Assembly: GCF_009914755.1 (NCBI RefSeq)
Contig: NC_060926.1
DNA from: the human T2T-CHM13v2.0 reference genome, Homo sapiens
Direction: 5' to 3' (one strand)
Length of the DNA stretch: 64,000 nt
Part shown: in pieces, positions 1 through 18,387 of the stretch
How positions within the stretch are numbered: position 1 is the first letter of the stretch
Layout: each line of letters begins with the position of its first letter
Position numbers and translations under genes: made by a program
Notes under the pieces: model-generated
Told to the model about the DNA's origin: nothing
Databases searched by the model: none
The model's input: the letters and a program-made list of their open reading frames with translations, nothing else

Positions 1-311
1 TTCTTTTCTTTTCTTTTTTTTTTTTTTTTTTTGAGATGGAGTCTCACTCTGTCACCCAGACTGGAGTGCAGTGGCATGATCTTGGCTCACTGCAACCTCT
101 GCTTCTCGGGTTCAAGTGATTCTTCTGCCTCAGCCTCCTGAGTAGCTGGGACTATAGGTGCGTGCTCCACACCCAGCTAATTTTTGTATTTTTAGTAGAG
201 ACAGGGTTTTACCATATTGGCCAGGCTGGTGTCGAACTCCTGACCTCATGATCCGCCTGCCTTGGCCTCCCAAAGTGCTGGGATTACAGGCGTGAGCCAC
301 TGCGCCCAGCC
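1..311 (-). mobile_element. Alu (AluS-like)
   Basis: Poly-T followed by the full reverse Alu consensus. Confidence 0.95.
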
Positions 312-899
312 TAAAAACACCTGTATTTCTAAGAACAAGAGTATGGTGTTATATTTTTAGTCACTTATTTTAGACGTTACCTGTCGACTCTGCTAAATTA
401 GTATTTAGTATTTACGTGATTATGCTTATGCAAATATTAGTTATAACTGAGCAGTTTTATTTCTTTTTGTTTTTCCTAAGGGTAATAATTGCGTTTGCTT
501 TTCATGTGTTTGGGGCTTTTTTGTATTTCTTGCTCATTCCTCCCACACCTTTCAGTAGCCTCACCACATCAAACAACTTAATGATTAAGTAATTTATCAG
601 TTCTGATTTGTTTTGGAGACACTTTTTCTGAAGAGCACTATTTTTCTTTCAGGGCTTATTGCTCTGCAGATCTGCTACAGAACTGTCACCTGGGACTTAA
701 CTTTCCTATCATCCTTAAGATTTCTTTGTCCTTTCTCCAGGGTTGACTTTTCTGTTTCTTGATTCTCATATTCTCATATTTCTTGGTTTATTTCCTTGCA
801 CAGTAGTACATCCTTCTGTACTTTTAGCAGATTAAAAAGCTGGTACAACACTAGAGGGCATGGGTGATGATAGTCTTCAATGAATTTCACATCTTTCCT

Positions 900-1750
900 T
901 TTCTTGGTCTACTCTCTTGTTTTGGTGGACATCCTCTAGTAGATTTCAGAGAAAGAGTGTATAGGAAATAAATTTTATTAATCCTTCTCTTCTGAAAATA
1001 TAATTATTGTAGCTTCACTCCTGATTAATAGTTTGGCTGGGAATACAATTCTAAGTTGGAAACAATTTTTCTTATTTTACATTCAGTGTTGCTTTTGAGA
1101 AATCCTAAACTGTTCAGATTTTGATCCTATTGTATGTCATCTTTTTTTTCCGCCTTGCCAGAGCTTGTAAGAGTTTCCCTTTGTTCTAAAGGTTCTAAAA
1201 CTATGAAGTACTTTTCTGTGGGTCTATTTTTCTTCATTTTTCTGGGTACTTGTTGGATCCTTTTGATCTAGAAACCTTGGCTGTTCAGGAAGTTTTCTGC
1301 AATTATGTCATTAATTGTTTCGTCCCTCTGTTTTCTATGGAATTTTATTATTCAGACATTGGACCTCTTGGACAGACCATTTAAGTTTTTTTTCTTCTTT
1401 TTTTCATCTGTATGTCTTTTCCTTCTTGAGAGATTTCTGCACCTTTATCTTTCTGTCTTCTCTATTTTGCCATCAAGGTTTTAATTTCTTTCTCTTTTTT
1501 TAAAGTTTTTAAAATCAGGCAGTCTTTCATGCCAGAGAAGGCTCAGAGACTCCAAGGTTTTAATTTCTAAAAGTTCATTTTTGGTTTTTGAATTGTCCTT
1601 TTTAAAACATAATATCCTCTTGTTTCATGGGTTGTAAATATCTCCTCTCTGTTTTCTCCATGTTATTTTTCTTTTTATGTGGTCTCTGTTCTGCATGTTA
1701 AAGGCTTTTCTTAGGTGTCATGTAATTCTTCATTGTAGTTTTTTTATTTG
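900..1750 (-). mobile_element. Ancient L1M/HAL1-like fragment
   Basis: T-rich, with motif tttggctgggaatacaattctaagttgga typical of old L1 ORF1 in antisense. Confidence 0.5.
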
Positions 1751-2360
1751 GGGATGAAAAAGGTGATTGACAGTTTGGAATATATAGGTGGGGTTTCTGC
1801 ATGGAATATATAGGTGGGGTTTGTTGACTTTGAGCAGTACTATTGAATGATGTGGGTGGGCCTTTTGTTGGGGAACCCTTGATTTAAGTATCCTTTTGGT
1901 TTTCCTCGTCTGTGAGCGAGATTCCCCAGAGAGTGCTCTTCCAATCTCCTGCCTGAAACGAAAGGACTGGCTGCCAGCATTCCTAGAGCTAAGTGGTAGA
2001 AGGTGGCTGAGTGGCTTCTCATTCAGCTGTTTTCAGGACAGTACTATTTTTAGATTATAGTGCCCATGCCTTCAACTTTACTAGTCAACTCGTAATCCAA
2101 AGGCTTTCTGTTTTACCCTTTCCAGAGTTAACCTCTGGATTTCTACTGCAGATGGAAAGGAGATGAGTAGGCAGGGAGGAAGATCTATTTCTCAACCAGT
2201 TTTTACTTAGTCCTCCATAACCTTAGTATCCATCCCCAGTTGCAGATCCGTTTGAGGATTCTGCAGTGTAATCACTTTGGCTCTCAGCTTTCCCCACTGT
2301 TTAGGATTTATCTTTTTAAATTCTGCTAAGTTAGTTTCTACTCATCTGTCTACTTTCTAA

Positions 2361-2831
<471 letters not shown>

Positions 2832-3073
2832 TAATGTACCATCTTAACCTGCAAATTAGGCTTATATTAATAAGGACTATTTTCCTTGCAAATAATAGAA
2901 GTCCAATTCAAACTAGCTTAGGGGAAAGGTCATTGGCTGCAGAAGCTGGGAAGAATAGCTCAGGATGAAGGAACAGGAGTGAAGGAACAACTGCATGAAC
3001 CAGAACCTCAAGTTCTGAAACCATAACTTAGTACTACCAAAGTAGACTCAGCATCACCAGGACATATACAAGT

Positions 3074-3100
3074 TGTGTGTGTGTGTGTGTGTGTGTGTGT
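3074..3100. repeat. (TG)n microsatellite
   Basis: About 13 TG units. Confidence 0.95.
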
Positions 3101-3782
3101 CTGTGAGTGAGTCTGTCTCACGAGTGCATTTTTAAACTTTGCAGACAGATTCTTACCCTGTGCTGAAAAGCTGATTGCTTACAGCCCTGAACTTAACAGT
3201 CTCTCACTTTAATAACCTCATTGTAAAGAGAGCCTCTTTGCCCCATCTCTAAATATAAATATGAGGGAAAGAGTCTTACTGATTTGGCTTTGGTCCTATG
3301 ACTATCCCTAAACCAGATAAAATGGGGGAGGAATTTTCTAGGGGAAAGAGGTACTTTTATCAGAACAAAGGGAGTAGAATGTTGTAGGGTGAACAAAAAA
3401 GTAATAGCTGTCATAGTTTCTTATTGATGGACTCTTTACATATTCACTGTTATAAATACTATTGCATTGATATTTATAGAATAAATTCCTAGAAGTGGAA
3501 TTGCTGGATCAATGCATTTTTAATGGCAGATATTGTAGGCTTGACCATCAAAAAGGTTGTATCAATGTACATTCCCACCAATTATTAATCTTTTTATGTT
3601 TTTCTAGTCTAATAGATGAGAAGTATCTAATTTTTAAATTTGTACTTTATTTTTTTTTAAAGTAACATATTTAAAAATATTTATTGTATTTTTCTGTGAA
3701 CTGCTTTCATTATCCTTTTTCAAATTTTCTTTTGGGTTATTGTCCTTTTTCTCATTTTTCATTTTCCTTTTTTCCTCATTGA

Positions 3783-4060
<278 letters not shown>

Positions 4061-4129
4061 ATCCTCATTGATTTTTAAAAGCCGTTTGCTCATTAAATAA
4101 ATTAACTATTTGCTTTAATGAAAAATTAT

Positions 4130-4450
4130 TTAATAAGAAATTGTGGGAAAATATACATAACAGAAAAGTGTACCATTTTAAGCATTTTAAGAGTATCACT
4201 CAGTGGCATTAAGTACATTCACAATATTATGGAACCATCAACACTGTTCATTTTGGAACTTTTTTATCATTCCATACTGAAATTGGTATCTGTTAAACAC
4301 TAACTTCATTCTCCCTCCTTCCCAGCCTCTGGCAACCACCATTCTACTTTTCTGTCTCTATGAATTTGACTACTTTAGGTATCTCACATGATGCAGTAAG
4401 TGTCCTTTTATATATGGCTTATTTCACTTAGTATAATGTCTTCAAGGTTT
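4130..4450 (-). mobile_element. L1MB/ME-type 3' end
   Basis: cagtggcattaagtacattcacaat...cccagcctctggcaaccaccattctacttt. Confidence 0.8.
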
Positions 4451-4600
4451 AGCCCTTTGTTTTTATACGTAGTTTGGCAGCTTGTAGAACCTCTCTTTCA
4501 GTAGTTGATGGTGACATTTTAAGCTCCTTGCCTACTTGCCTTCTTTCTTTTTCTTTTCTTTTTTAAAAACTTATTTATTCATCATTTTATCTACCTCTAG

Positions 4601-4761
4601 TATCTCGGAAAAGGAAAGCCAAGAACTGGGAAGATGAAGACTTTTATGATAGTGATGATGACACATTTCTTGATAGGACTGGCCTGATTGAGAAGAAGCG
4701 TCTGAACAGAATGAAGAAGGCTGGCAAGATTGATGAGAAGCCAGAGACCTTTGAATCATTG
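4601..4761 (+). CDS. SLC4A1AP: SLC4A1AP (kanadaptin) internal coding exon A, 161 nt: (V)SRKRKAKNWEDEDFYDSDDDTFLDRTGLIEKKRLNRMKKAGKIDEKPETFESL
   Basis: Acceptor ctacctctag|TA at 4600/4601; open frame that matches the kanadaptin peptide as I recall it; ends TTG|gcaagt (GC donor), phase 0, compatible with the next exon. Upstream exons lie outside the window. Confidence 0.93.
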
Positions 4762-5607
4762 GCAAGTTTTATTTATGGAAGTAGCTGTGGTATTTAATAG
4801 TTTAATTTTTAATAACATAATGTATTATTTAAATATGTTTTATGATAATTTTTAAAGTAGTAGCATTGAAATCTGATACTGAAGTATAACTTTTGTGGTC
4901 TGTTAATTTAATGGTAACAGACAACTAGTCTTATCCAAGTTGTTTGAAAAAAATATGGCTTGCTGCTAGATCCTTTCCTTCAGGATATTGATCCATTAAT
5001 TAACATTCTTTGGATATGATATTACCTCTCTCAAAAGGAAAGGAAAAAGTTCCAAGTTAGGGCGTTCTGAGGTGAAATTGACTTTAGCCTTCTGGCAGTC
5101 AAGAGAAGTCAAAGGAATTTTGAAGAATGTAGTATGGTAATATGTAGTCTGAAACAGTATGTTCTTCAGGAAATTATCACAAGGTGACGTGTTAATGGGT
5201 AGGTAACAGACAATAATAGGCAGGTAATAGGCTACCTATTAGACTAGAAAAAAACATAAGATTAATAATGCAGAGCTTGACCAGAATATGGAGAAGTAGA
5301 CTCTCAATTGGTGGGAATGTACAATACAACCTTTTAAGTGATCAATCCTACGACATCTGTCAGTATTAAAAATGCATTGATTCAGCAATTGCACTTCAAG
5401 GAATTTGTTACAGGTATTAATTTATAGTAGGATTCAGAGCTTAAAACATTACCCAACATCTATCCTTTTGATTTATGTGAAAACAAATGCCTTGAGCTCT
5501 TTCTTCTGAGTAAAATGAAGTCCGAGTTATTCATTCTGTTTAATTCTGTGTTTTTTAATTCAGAAATAAATTAAATTTGGATTTAACACATAAAAAGTGT
5601 TAACTCC

Positions 5608-6224
<617 letters not shown>

Positions 6225-6363
6225 TTAACTCCATAAGTAGCAGTTTAACTGGACTTTTGAATTAATCTTCTTAAAACTTCTAGTAAGAATAATTAAAACA
6301 GGAGGATGAAAAACAGTTTGAAAGAAGAAAAACTTTGTAACCCTGTTGATTTGGGTGTTACAG

Positions 6364-6433
6364 GTTGCAAAATTAAATGATGCTGAAAGGGAACTTTCTG
6401 AAATTTCTGAGAGATTGAAAGCCTCAAGCCAAG
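6364..6433 (+). CDS. SLC4A1AP: SLC4A1AP exon B, 70 nt: VAKLNDAERELSEISERLKASSQ (coiled-coil-like)
   Basis: tacag|GTT acceptor and AAG|gtaagt donor; phase 0 in, phase 1 out. Confidence 0.95.
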
Positions 6434-6806
6434 GTAAGTTTTTCATCAAATATTTATTAATATACCACATATAGTGCTCTATGCTAGGCACTGGGGCTAC
6501 ATTAGTTAATAAGAAATACCATACAGAATATGGAGCCTTTTAAAGGAGCAACATACCGTTTTAGAACTAGAAAGAACATTATAAATCATTTGGTTTAACC
6601 TCTTTATTTAATTGTTGAGGGGAATGAAGCACATTGAGACAAAATGACTTCCCAAGGTCTCATGGCTATAACCTGTTCCTTATTCCTATTACTAGTGATG
6701 TCCTCTGTCCGGTTTTATGTTAGTGACTTTTATATGGAAACTTTGGCTGAATTTTAAAATATTCAGGATCATCTTTCTAAACATGTGTTATTCTTTTCTT
6801 GGACAG

Positions 6807-6993
6807 TTCTATCAGAGTCTCCATCTCAGGATTCTTTAGATGCGTTCATGTCAGAAATGAAATCAGGCAGTACATTAGATGGTGTGTCCCGGAAGAAACT
6901 TCACCTGAGAACTTTTGAACTGAGGAAAGAACAACAGAGACTTAAAGGGTTAATAAAAATTGTAAAGCCAGCAGAGATTCCAGAACTAAAAAA
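6807..6993 (+). CDS. SLC4A1AP: SLC4A1AP exon C, 187 nt: VLSESPSQDSLDAFMSEMK...KPAEIPELK(K)
   Basis: ttcttttcttggacag|TT acceptor, AAA|gtaagt donor; lies inside ORF 6785..6997. Confidence 0.96.
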
Positions 6994-7309
6994 GTAAGTC
7001 TTAGTTATATTTGGAATTCTAAATAAGTATGGTAGCATAGATAACATTTTCAATTATCGCTTTATCTTCTTAAATAATCATTATATAATACAAATGTAAT
7101 GCAAGGAACCCTTTAAAGCACAGAAAGCAGTGGTTTCATAGAGTAACTAAAAACCTGTTTCATATTTGTGAAATATAGACTGATAGAGGATTTTCTGAGA
7201 AAACTATATTGATTTCTGATTCATTGGAAGGTTCCGAAGTTTTTTTTACTTAATCTTTTAGTGTAGAATAAACTCCTTTAAAAAGCATCATGCACAAAAA
7301 GCTAATTTA

Positions 7310-8738
<1,429 letters not shown>

Positions 8739-8879
8739 CTATATATAAGATACAGAAACACTATCAAGATAAGTAACAAAAGCAAGGTGCAGAACGGTGT
8801 GTATAACAGGCGCTGTCTGTAAAAAATGATGGTGGGGGAAGAATACATAGATAAGTAGGCCATGGTTATGTTTATAATA

Positions 8880-9250
8880 TCTGTTTAGGTCGGGTTCCCT
8901 AAAAACAGACTGAATCGGAGATTCATCTGCAAGTGATTTATTAAGAGAGTGCTCTCAGGAGAAATCTATATGGGAGTGAGGGAAGCAGGAGAGGGCAGGA
9001 GAAGAAGCTGGGCTAAGATATGGTTTCAGGAGAGCCTGAATGGCACCACAGATGCCATGGAGGCATGGGGCTTGGGTTTCGATACCCTGTCCCCCCAACC
9101 CTTCATTGGTCATAGGCTGCCGGTGACTGGGGGGTGGGAGGGGCTCACAGCAATTCTGGGAAGGGTGCAGGTGTGAGCCTTTAGCAGCCGATGTCTGCAG
9201 TAGCTGTTTGGCCTGATAAAGGGAATCTGGGAGGGACAGCATCTGCTACT
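8880..9250. mobile_element. ERVL-type LTR (LTR33/LTR16-like)
   Basis: gggttccctaaaaacagactga...tgcaagtgatttattaagagagtgctctcaggag resembles this family. Confidence 0.55.
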
Positions 9251-9572
9251 GTATCTCTGGAAAGATTCGTTAAAAATTAATAATATTGATTGCCAATGGG
9301 GAAGGCAACTGGGTGGCTGGGGGACAGCAATGGGAGGGAGACTTTTCACAGTATATGTGCTTTATACTTGAGTTTTGAACATGTGAATATACTTTCTATT
9401 CTATTCAGATATACTGAATTTGAAAAGAAAATCCTGTACCAAATAGCCATACCACTTTAGGTCCAAATTTACTGTAATGTAGTTGCAGTTCTAGTTCTAA
9501 ATAACAAATAACTGGAAAAAGTAAGAATCATATAATAATTTTGTTACAGTAAAACTATTTGTTAATAAAAGT

Positions 9573-9854
9573 GGCTGGGGACGGTGGCTCACACCTGTAG
9601 TCCCAGAACTTTAGGAGAGTGAGTGAGGTGGGAGGATGGCTTGAGTTCAGGAGTTTGAGACCAGCCTGGGCAACATAGTGAGACCCTGTCTCTACAAAAG
9701 ATAAAAACTTAGCTGGGTATGGTGGTGCTTGTCTGTAATCCCTGCTACTTGGGAGGCTGAGGTATCACTTGAACCTGGGAGAGTGAGGTTGCAAGACCCT
9801 GTCTCAAACAAACAAACAAACAAAAACAAAACAAAAACAAATCTCTGCTTTGGA

Positions 9855-9886
<32 letters not shown>

Positions 9887-9920
9887 TTTGGGGCAAGAAG
9901 AATTAAAAAAAAAAAAAAAC
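9573..9920 (+). mobile_element. Degenerate Alu with internal deletion, followed by (CAA)n and an A tract
   Basis: Alu arms visible; (caa)~9 at ~9857-9885. Confidence 0.85.
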
Positions 9921-11313
9921 GAAAACGAAATATGTCTCAGCTTCCTCCAGAGCCTCCTCTCCTGCTATCAGTCTGTGTGCTTGCCTGGTTTTTCCTCCCT
10001 TTCCTATTTTGGATACTGGTCTAGATGTGTATCTTCTTCCTCCTCTTTTCACTTATGGGTTGAACTTCCAAACTTTCTGCCTCCTACCCTAACCCCTGCA
10101 AGCAATCTTGATTGTGATTCCATCTTCTGCTTTTTCATCTCCTTTGAGCCAGTCTTAGCTTATCCTCTAGGCCAGCCTGGCTTTTTAATGTAGCTGAAAA
10201 CATCTGTGTTGCTGTTGCTTCTGTCTTTCTATGCCAGAGCCTTCCTGAGGCCTGTGGGGAAGGGTGTGAAGGATAATGATTTGACAAAATGTCCTTCATG
10301 GCCAGGCAGGCAGCATTCTTCTGGTGGCCTTAGCAAGGGAATGGGTTTTATCTCTGGTAGGGAGAAAGGGGCTTGAGGCTGGACTTAAGAGTGCTACTAA
10401 GGGGATAAGACTTAGGTAAAAGAAGGCAGTAGTAGCAAGTGGGGCTTCAGGGAGGGCCAGGTAGCTAACATCTGGTATGGGTCACTGTGAGTCGAATGCC
10501 ATTACTGTCCTTATATTCCAGTTTTCAGGGCTGTCCCATGGTCAATATGAAGAAAACAGAGGGCTTTCTTTTCAGTCTAGTATGCTTATTCTGGGGTTTC
10601 CTCTGTCTCCTCATGCCATATTCTCATTGTCACCTCTGCCTGCTCTGAGTATCTTGTCAACTGAATTGCTATCCCTTTTGTTTTTGCTCTGTTCTCCCCC
10701 TGCCTTTCTAATTTCTACTATCTCTTCTTTATACCCTTCCTCAGCTTTGTCCTAATGGGCTTAGCTTTTCTAACTATCTCCAGCCGTTGAGAATGTTGAC
10801 AGGCTCAGCAGTTGCAGTCTCTCACTATATCTTTGTCATTACTACACTGGGTATCCTGCATACTGTACCCCCATCCCCATGCACACTTTTTTTTTTAAGT
10901 GCTCAGAGCTATTGCGCTTAAGTGGGAGCTCCAGATAAGTAAGACACTCTTCAGAGGTTGGTGGGAAGTAGGGCTTTACACCATGGATCAATCTCCTGCT
11001 GCTTATATGTTCTCCTTTGCCAGTGACCTTTGTACTGTAGTCATTTCATGGGTGTGAAGTCATGTAGCATGTGGCAAATTACTTGACTAAGGGAGCAGCC
11101 TCATCATAGCTCTGTGTCTGTGACAGTCAGCATTGTTCTTGTCCATTCAAAATCTGTTGGTCTGAATACCTCTTTCTTATTGTTATATGCTTAGATATTC
11201 ATTTTGTGGTAATTTTTATTTTGCCAGAGGTTTCTTTGTCAGTATCATGGTATTTTTAGATAAAACCTTGGGACTCCCTGGAATAGATGTGTATAATTAT
11301 TCTTTCTTCCTAG

Positions 11314-11425
11314 GACTGAAACTCAGACTACAGGTGCAGAAAACAAAGCTAAAAAGCTTACATTGCCTCTATTTGGTGCCATGAAAGGAGGAAGCAAATT
11401 CAAATTAAAAACTGGAACAGTAGGG
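11314..11425 (+). CDS. SLC4A1AP: SLC4A1AP exon D, 112 nt: TETQTTGAENKAKKLTLPLFGAMKGGSKFKLKTGTVG
   Basis: tctttcttcctag|G acceptor, GGG|gtaagt donor; phase 2 in, phase 0 out. Confidence 0.95.
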
Positions 11426-11557
11426 GTAAGTTGTGAGTCAGGGTGTTAAACTTTTAGCCCTTGAGTTATCCCTGAGCTAATTTTTCTCTTTTCTTTTTTG
11501 AAACTACAAATGACTCATTCCATAGTAATGTGAGAAAGGGCTGTGGGCTTGGTATGA

Positions 11558-13506
<1,949 letters not shown>

Positions 13507-14098
13507 GATATAACCAAGATATGCTTTGGTTCCTTCCCTCTATTCCATAACTGTGATCAACCTTTTCTAATAAATACTTTTATTGAATGGCTTTGATTAG
13601 AATATTTAGCTTTATTCTTTGAGAAATGTCTTCCTCCTTTTCTTCAGGATCTGTTTGATGGATTTACATGCCTTGTTTCCTTGAAATTACGCTAAGTCTA
13701 AAATGAAAAAGCAGCACAAATGACTTATTTCTGATTGTCTGATTTATTCCTTAGAAGATTTTGTAATCAATTGAAATCCTTTAATATCATGAGTTATAAC
13801 AGTCCAGAATTCCTGTAGCTGGCACTCATCTGAAATAACTATTTTAGTTCCTTACAAGCTATTTTCAAGTGTTTTGTATTTAGTAATCTTTGACTCTAGG
13901 AACTAATAAAGACACTTGTTTAGGGTCTATAGAGGGGTAAAATTTCATGTCAAAGTCCCACCTCCAGCAGACTTCTGTGGAGTTCATCAACCTAAAAAGA
14001 GTAAACATTCAGTACATTTAGACTGACCTCCTTGAAAAGATTTTTCTCTTGTTGTCATTAAGTAGAACTACTTGTTCATGGTTTTGTTTCCCTCTTAG

Positions 14099-14339
14099 AA
14101 GTTACCCCCCAAGCGTCCAGAACTCCCTCCAACTCTAATGAGAATGAAAGATGAGCCTGAAGTAGAAGAGGAGGAGGAAGAGGAAGAGGAAGAAGAGAAA
14201 GAAAAGGAGGAGCATGAAAAGAAAAAACTGGAGGATGGAAGCCTCAGTAGGCCACAGCCAGAGATAGAGCCAGAAGCAGCAGTGCAGGAAATGAGGCCTC
14301 CCACAGATCTCACACATTTTAAAGAAACCCAAACCCATG
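14099..14339 (+). CDS. SLC4A1AP: SLC4A1AP exon E, 241 nt: KLPPKRPELPPTLMRMKDEPEV(E)11KEKEEHEKKKLEDG...KETQTH
   Basis: gtttccctcttag|AAG acceptor, ATG|gtaata donor; overlaps ORF 14138..14389; contains a poly-Glu tract. Confidence 0.96.
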
Positions 14340-15545
14340 GTAATATCTTTCTTCTCCTTCCTGTGTTGTTCAGTGGGCAGTTACATTGATTGTGGATAGG
14401 TTTTAAAAAGCAAGGCCAGTTCTTGTCTGTGCATTTGACTTTGTATGTGATATACTGACTCTGTAGCAAGGAAACATACTTTCTTGGTCTTCTTCCTTTG
14501 ACCGCCAGTCATTATTTGTCTTCATTGCAAATTAAGGGCAGTTATTTCCAATCCATTCCAGAATTACAGAAAATTGAAGGCTATGGAATCTGAAACCATA
14601 GCTGCTGTGGAATAATCCTGAGCTGCTGCCACTGTGTGAGTTGGAGGGCAGTGGAACAGGGTACATGATGGGGCCTGATCAGGTGGTCTCCGGATAAGTC
14701 AACCCCTATTCATTTTTTCCTCCATCCCTAAAACAGAGGCCAAACCATAATTGTACTCATTGGACTAAAGTTCTCAAGAAGGATCTTGCTTCATTCATTT
14801 TTGTGTGTTTGGAACCTAGCACAAAACCTGACACATATCCACCCGCCTCAGCAAATATTTGATGAAAAATGTTGAAAGACGGAATAGATTGATATTCATA
14901 TAGATATATGCATCAATTAATTCTGTATTTTCTATATATATATTCTAATTACAAAGGGTTATATGTTCATTTTAGAAACTATAGATCATACATAAAAGTC
15001 CAAAGGAAAAAAAAGAAATCCCCACAACCCCACCCCTAAAGATCATTGTTTATCTTTTTAGTATCCTTTCATCCCTTGTCAACTGCAGGGGTTATTTTCC
15101 TGCTGGTTGGCCAAACTGGTTAGGAAGATAAAGATCTCAGAAAATAAGGAGTATGAGGAGAAACAATAAAAACTGGCACTGAATGTATGGGAATGCATGC
15201 ATGTCTACTTCCACAACAAACCAGGCTTGGCTACATAAAAACTCCAGGCCTGGTATGTAGCCCTTCTCTTGAATCACCTTCATTTGTCTGGGAAACAGAA
15301 AAGTTACTGTTTCCTCATCTGTGAGAGGTAAGTATTCTGTATCTGCATTTGTCCTTTTCAAAAAGGTACTTACATGAGCTTGGTCTTTGGGCCATATATT
15401 GTGAAGGTGGATATAAACAGGTCAGCAGGAGGGGAGCAATAAGTATCATAATTTTTTTGTTTAACAGACCAAAGTAAGTATGTGTGTGTAAAAATAGCTT
15501 AGATTTTGAAACTTGGTTTATAAGATTAAATAATTAGTAAATTTG

Positions 15546-16667
<1,122 letters not shown>

Positions 16668-16995
16668 TTTTGGTGGTCATCTCTGATTTTTAAAAAAATA
16701 TGTTCTGGGAGTAGAATTTCTAGGCCAAGGAGTATGTACATTTTTGAGGCTTTTAGTAAGTATTGCTAAAAAGTTTTACCTCAATGTTGGCTAGTGTTTT
16801 AAGTGGAAAATTGGCAGTTTTCTGTAATACATTTGAAACATATTTATTTAAAACCTTAAGATTAGTTGAAGCTGATGATAATAAAACTGGATGATTATGT
16901 ACTTAGCTTCTCTTTCTCTTGTTTTTGTTTTTGTTTGTTTGGCTTTCCACCATGAATTAAATCATGACAATATGATTTGATATTGCTTTTTATAG

Positions 16996-17082
16996 AAAAC
17001 ATGTCTCAACTTAGCGAGGAAGAACAGAATAAAGATTATCAAGACTGTAGCAAAACCACTTCATTGTGCGCAGGACCCTCAG
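16996..17082 (+). CDS. SLC4A1AP: SLC4A1AP exon F, 87 nt: (E)NMSQLSEEEQNKDYQDCSKTTSLCAGPS
   Basis: ctttttatag|AA acceptor; ends CAG|gcaagt (GC donor); phase 1 at both ends, matching the neighbouring exons. Confidence 0.9.
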
Positions 17083-17761
17083 GCAAGTAGTACGGCAGCC
17101 TTCATTGCTGCTCTGCACACAGGTGGCTGACTGGTTTCATAAGGGAGGGGCTGGCAGCTGACCTGAAGGCAGCACAGAGAATGGTCCTTTAGTTATGTTG
17201 CCACTAGGCCCCTGGACAAAGTTGGAACATAAGAGAGGTTTGTATTTGGTGCCATCCCATTTGCCTTTCTTTTACTCCTCTTCCACCTTCTGGGGTTCCC
17301 TCTCCCTCCCCCACAAAGCACCTAATGCCTTGATACTTCCCTCTGGCTGTGCAAAGCTCTCCACAATTTTACATCTCCCAAAGTCAAATATGTACCTATT
17401 ATGGGAGTAATTCCAAAACTATCTTAAAAGAAATTGTTAAAAGGACTGCTTTACTCTGGTTTTACCTGTAATGGTTAAACTGTGGACTAGTAAAATCAGC
17501 CTCATTTTTTTTAAACTTGTTCGCATAATGTGGTTATATTCAAACTTGTAGAACAGCCTTAGGATTTAAAAACTAGGGTTATTCATCCAGGAAAAATTTT
17601 CTCTTGATATAGTTTTTACAGCAGTAGAAGGAATTGTTGAGAATTGCATTGTCATGAGCATCTTTTCTTCAATAATTGTAATGTTCTTTTAGGAAGAATT
17701 TTGCCTTTTTATTTTACTTATACTGAAAATAGCTATTGCCAGTTTTTTTTTCTTAAATTAG

Positions 17762-17829
17762 CATCAAAGAATGAATATGAGAAAAGCAGAGGTGAATTGA
17801 AGAAAAAGAAAACACCTGGTCCAGGCAAA
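17762..17829 (+). CDS. SLC4A1AP: SLC4A1AP exon G, 68 nt: ASKNEYEKSRGELKKKKTPGPGK
   Basis: ttttttcttaaattag|CA acceptor, AAA|gtaagt donor; lies inside ORF 17644..17856. Confidence 0.95.
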
Positions 17830-18387
17830 GTAAGTATTTCACTTGTCTGGGAGTAAAAATGAATCCCTTTGTCATGGACCACATCCAGAAAAGTGAATCT
17901 TTGGAGACTGACTTAACAGAGTTCCCAGCAGCCTTATTCCCCTCTCCTAGAAATCTAGATTCTTTGATTTTTGTTTTTGAATTTTCTGTTGTCTTTATCA
18001 CTCTTTTCCCTATAACTGCTCACATACAAGCTATCTCTTTTATTAGTTTATGAATCTTTCTTTATATCCTAATTTGCCATATAAAGACATTTGAATAACA
18101 TATTCTTATTTTCCTCCTTTTATTACACAAAAGGTAGGATGTGATGTACTCCATTCTACATCTGTTTTTTTGTTTTATTTATTTATTTATTTATTTAAAC
18201 CACTCATGGAAATTATTTTGTAACAGTATATTGAGAGTTTCTCACCATATGGAGGACGTTATCTAACAGTTCCTTACAGATGGACACTTGCATTGTTTTT
18301 AGTCTTTTATTACAATAATACTATAATGAACAATCTTGTATATATATAATTTTGTGTGGATATAGTAAGCTCCCAGAAGTGCTAGGC

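Noticed and set aside
9729-10193. 154-aa ORF containing polyQ
   Set aside because: Alu tail plus (CAA)n in an intron; no splice support
14095-14469. 124-aa minus-strand poly-Ser ORF
   Set aside because: Antisense shadow of the poly-Glu exon
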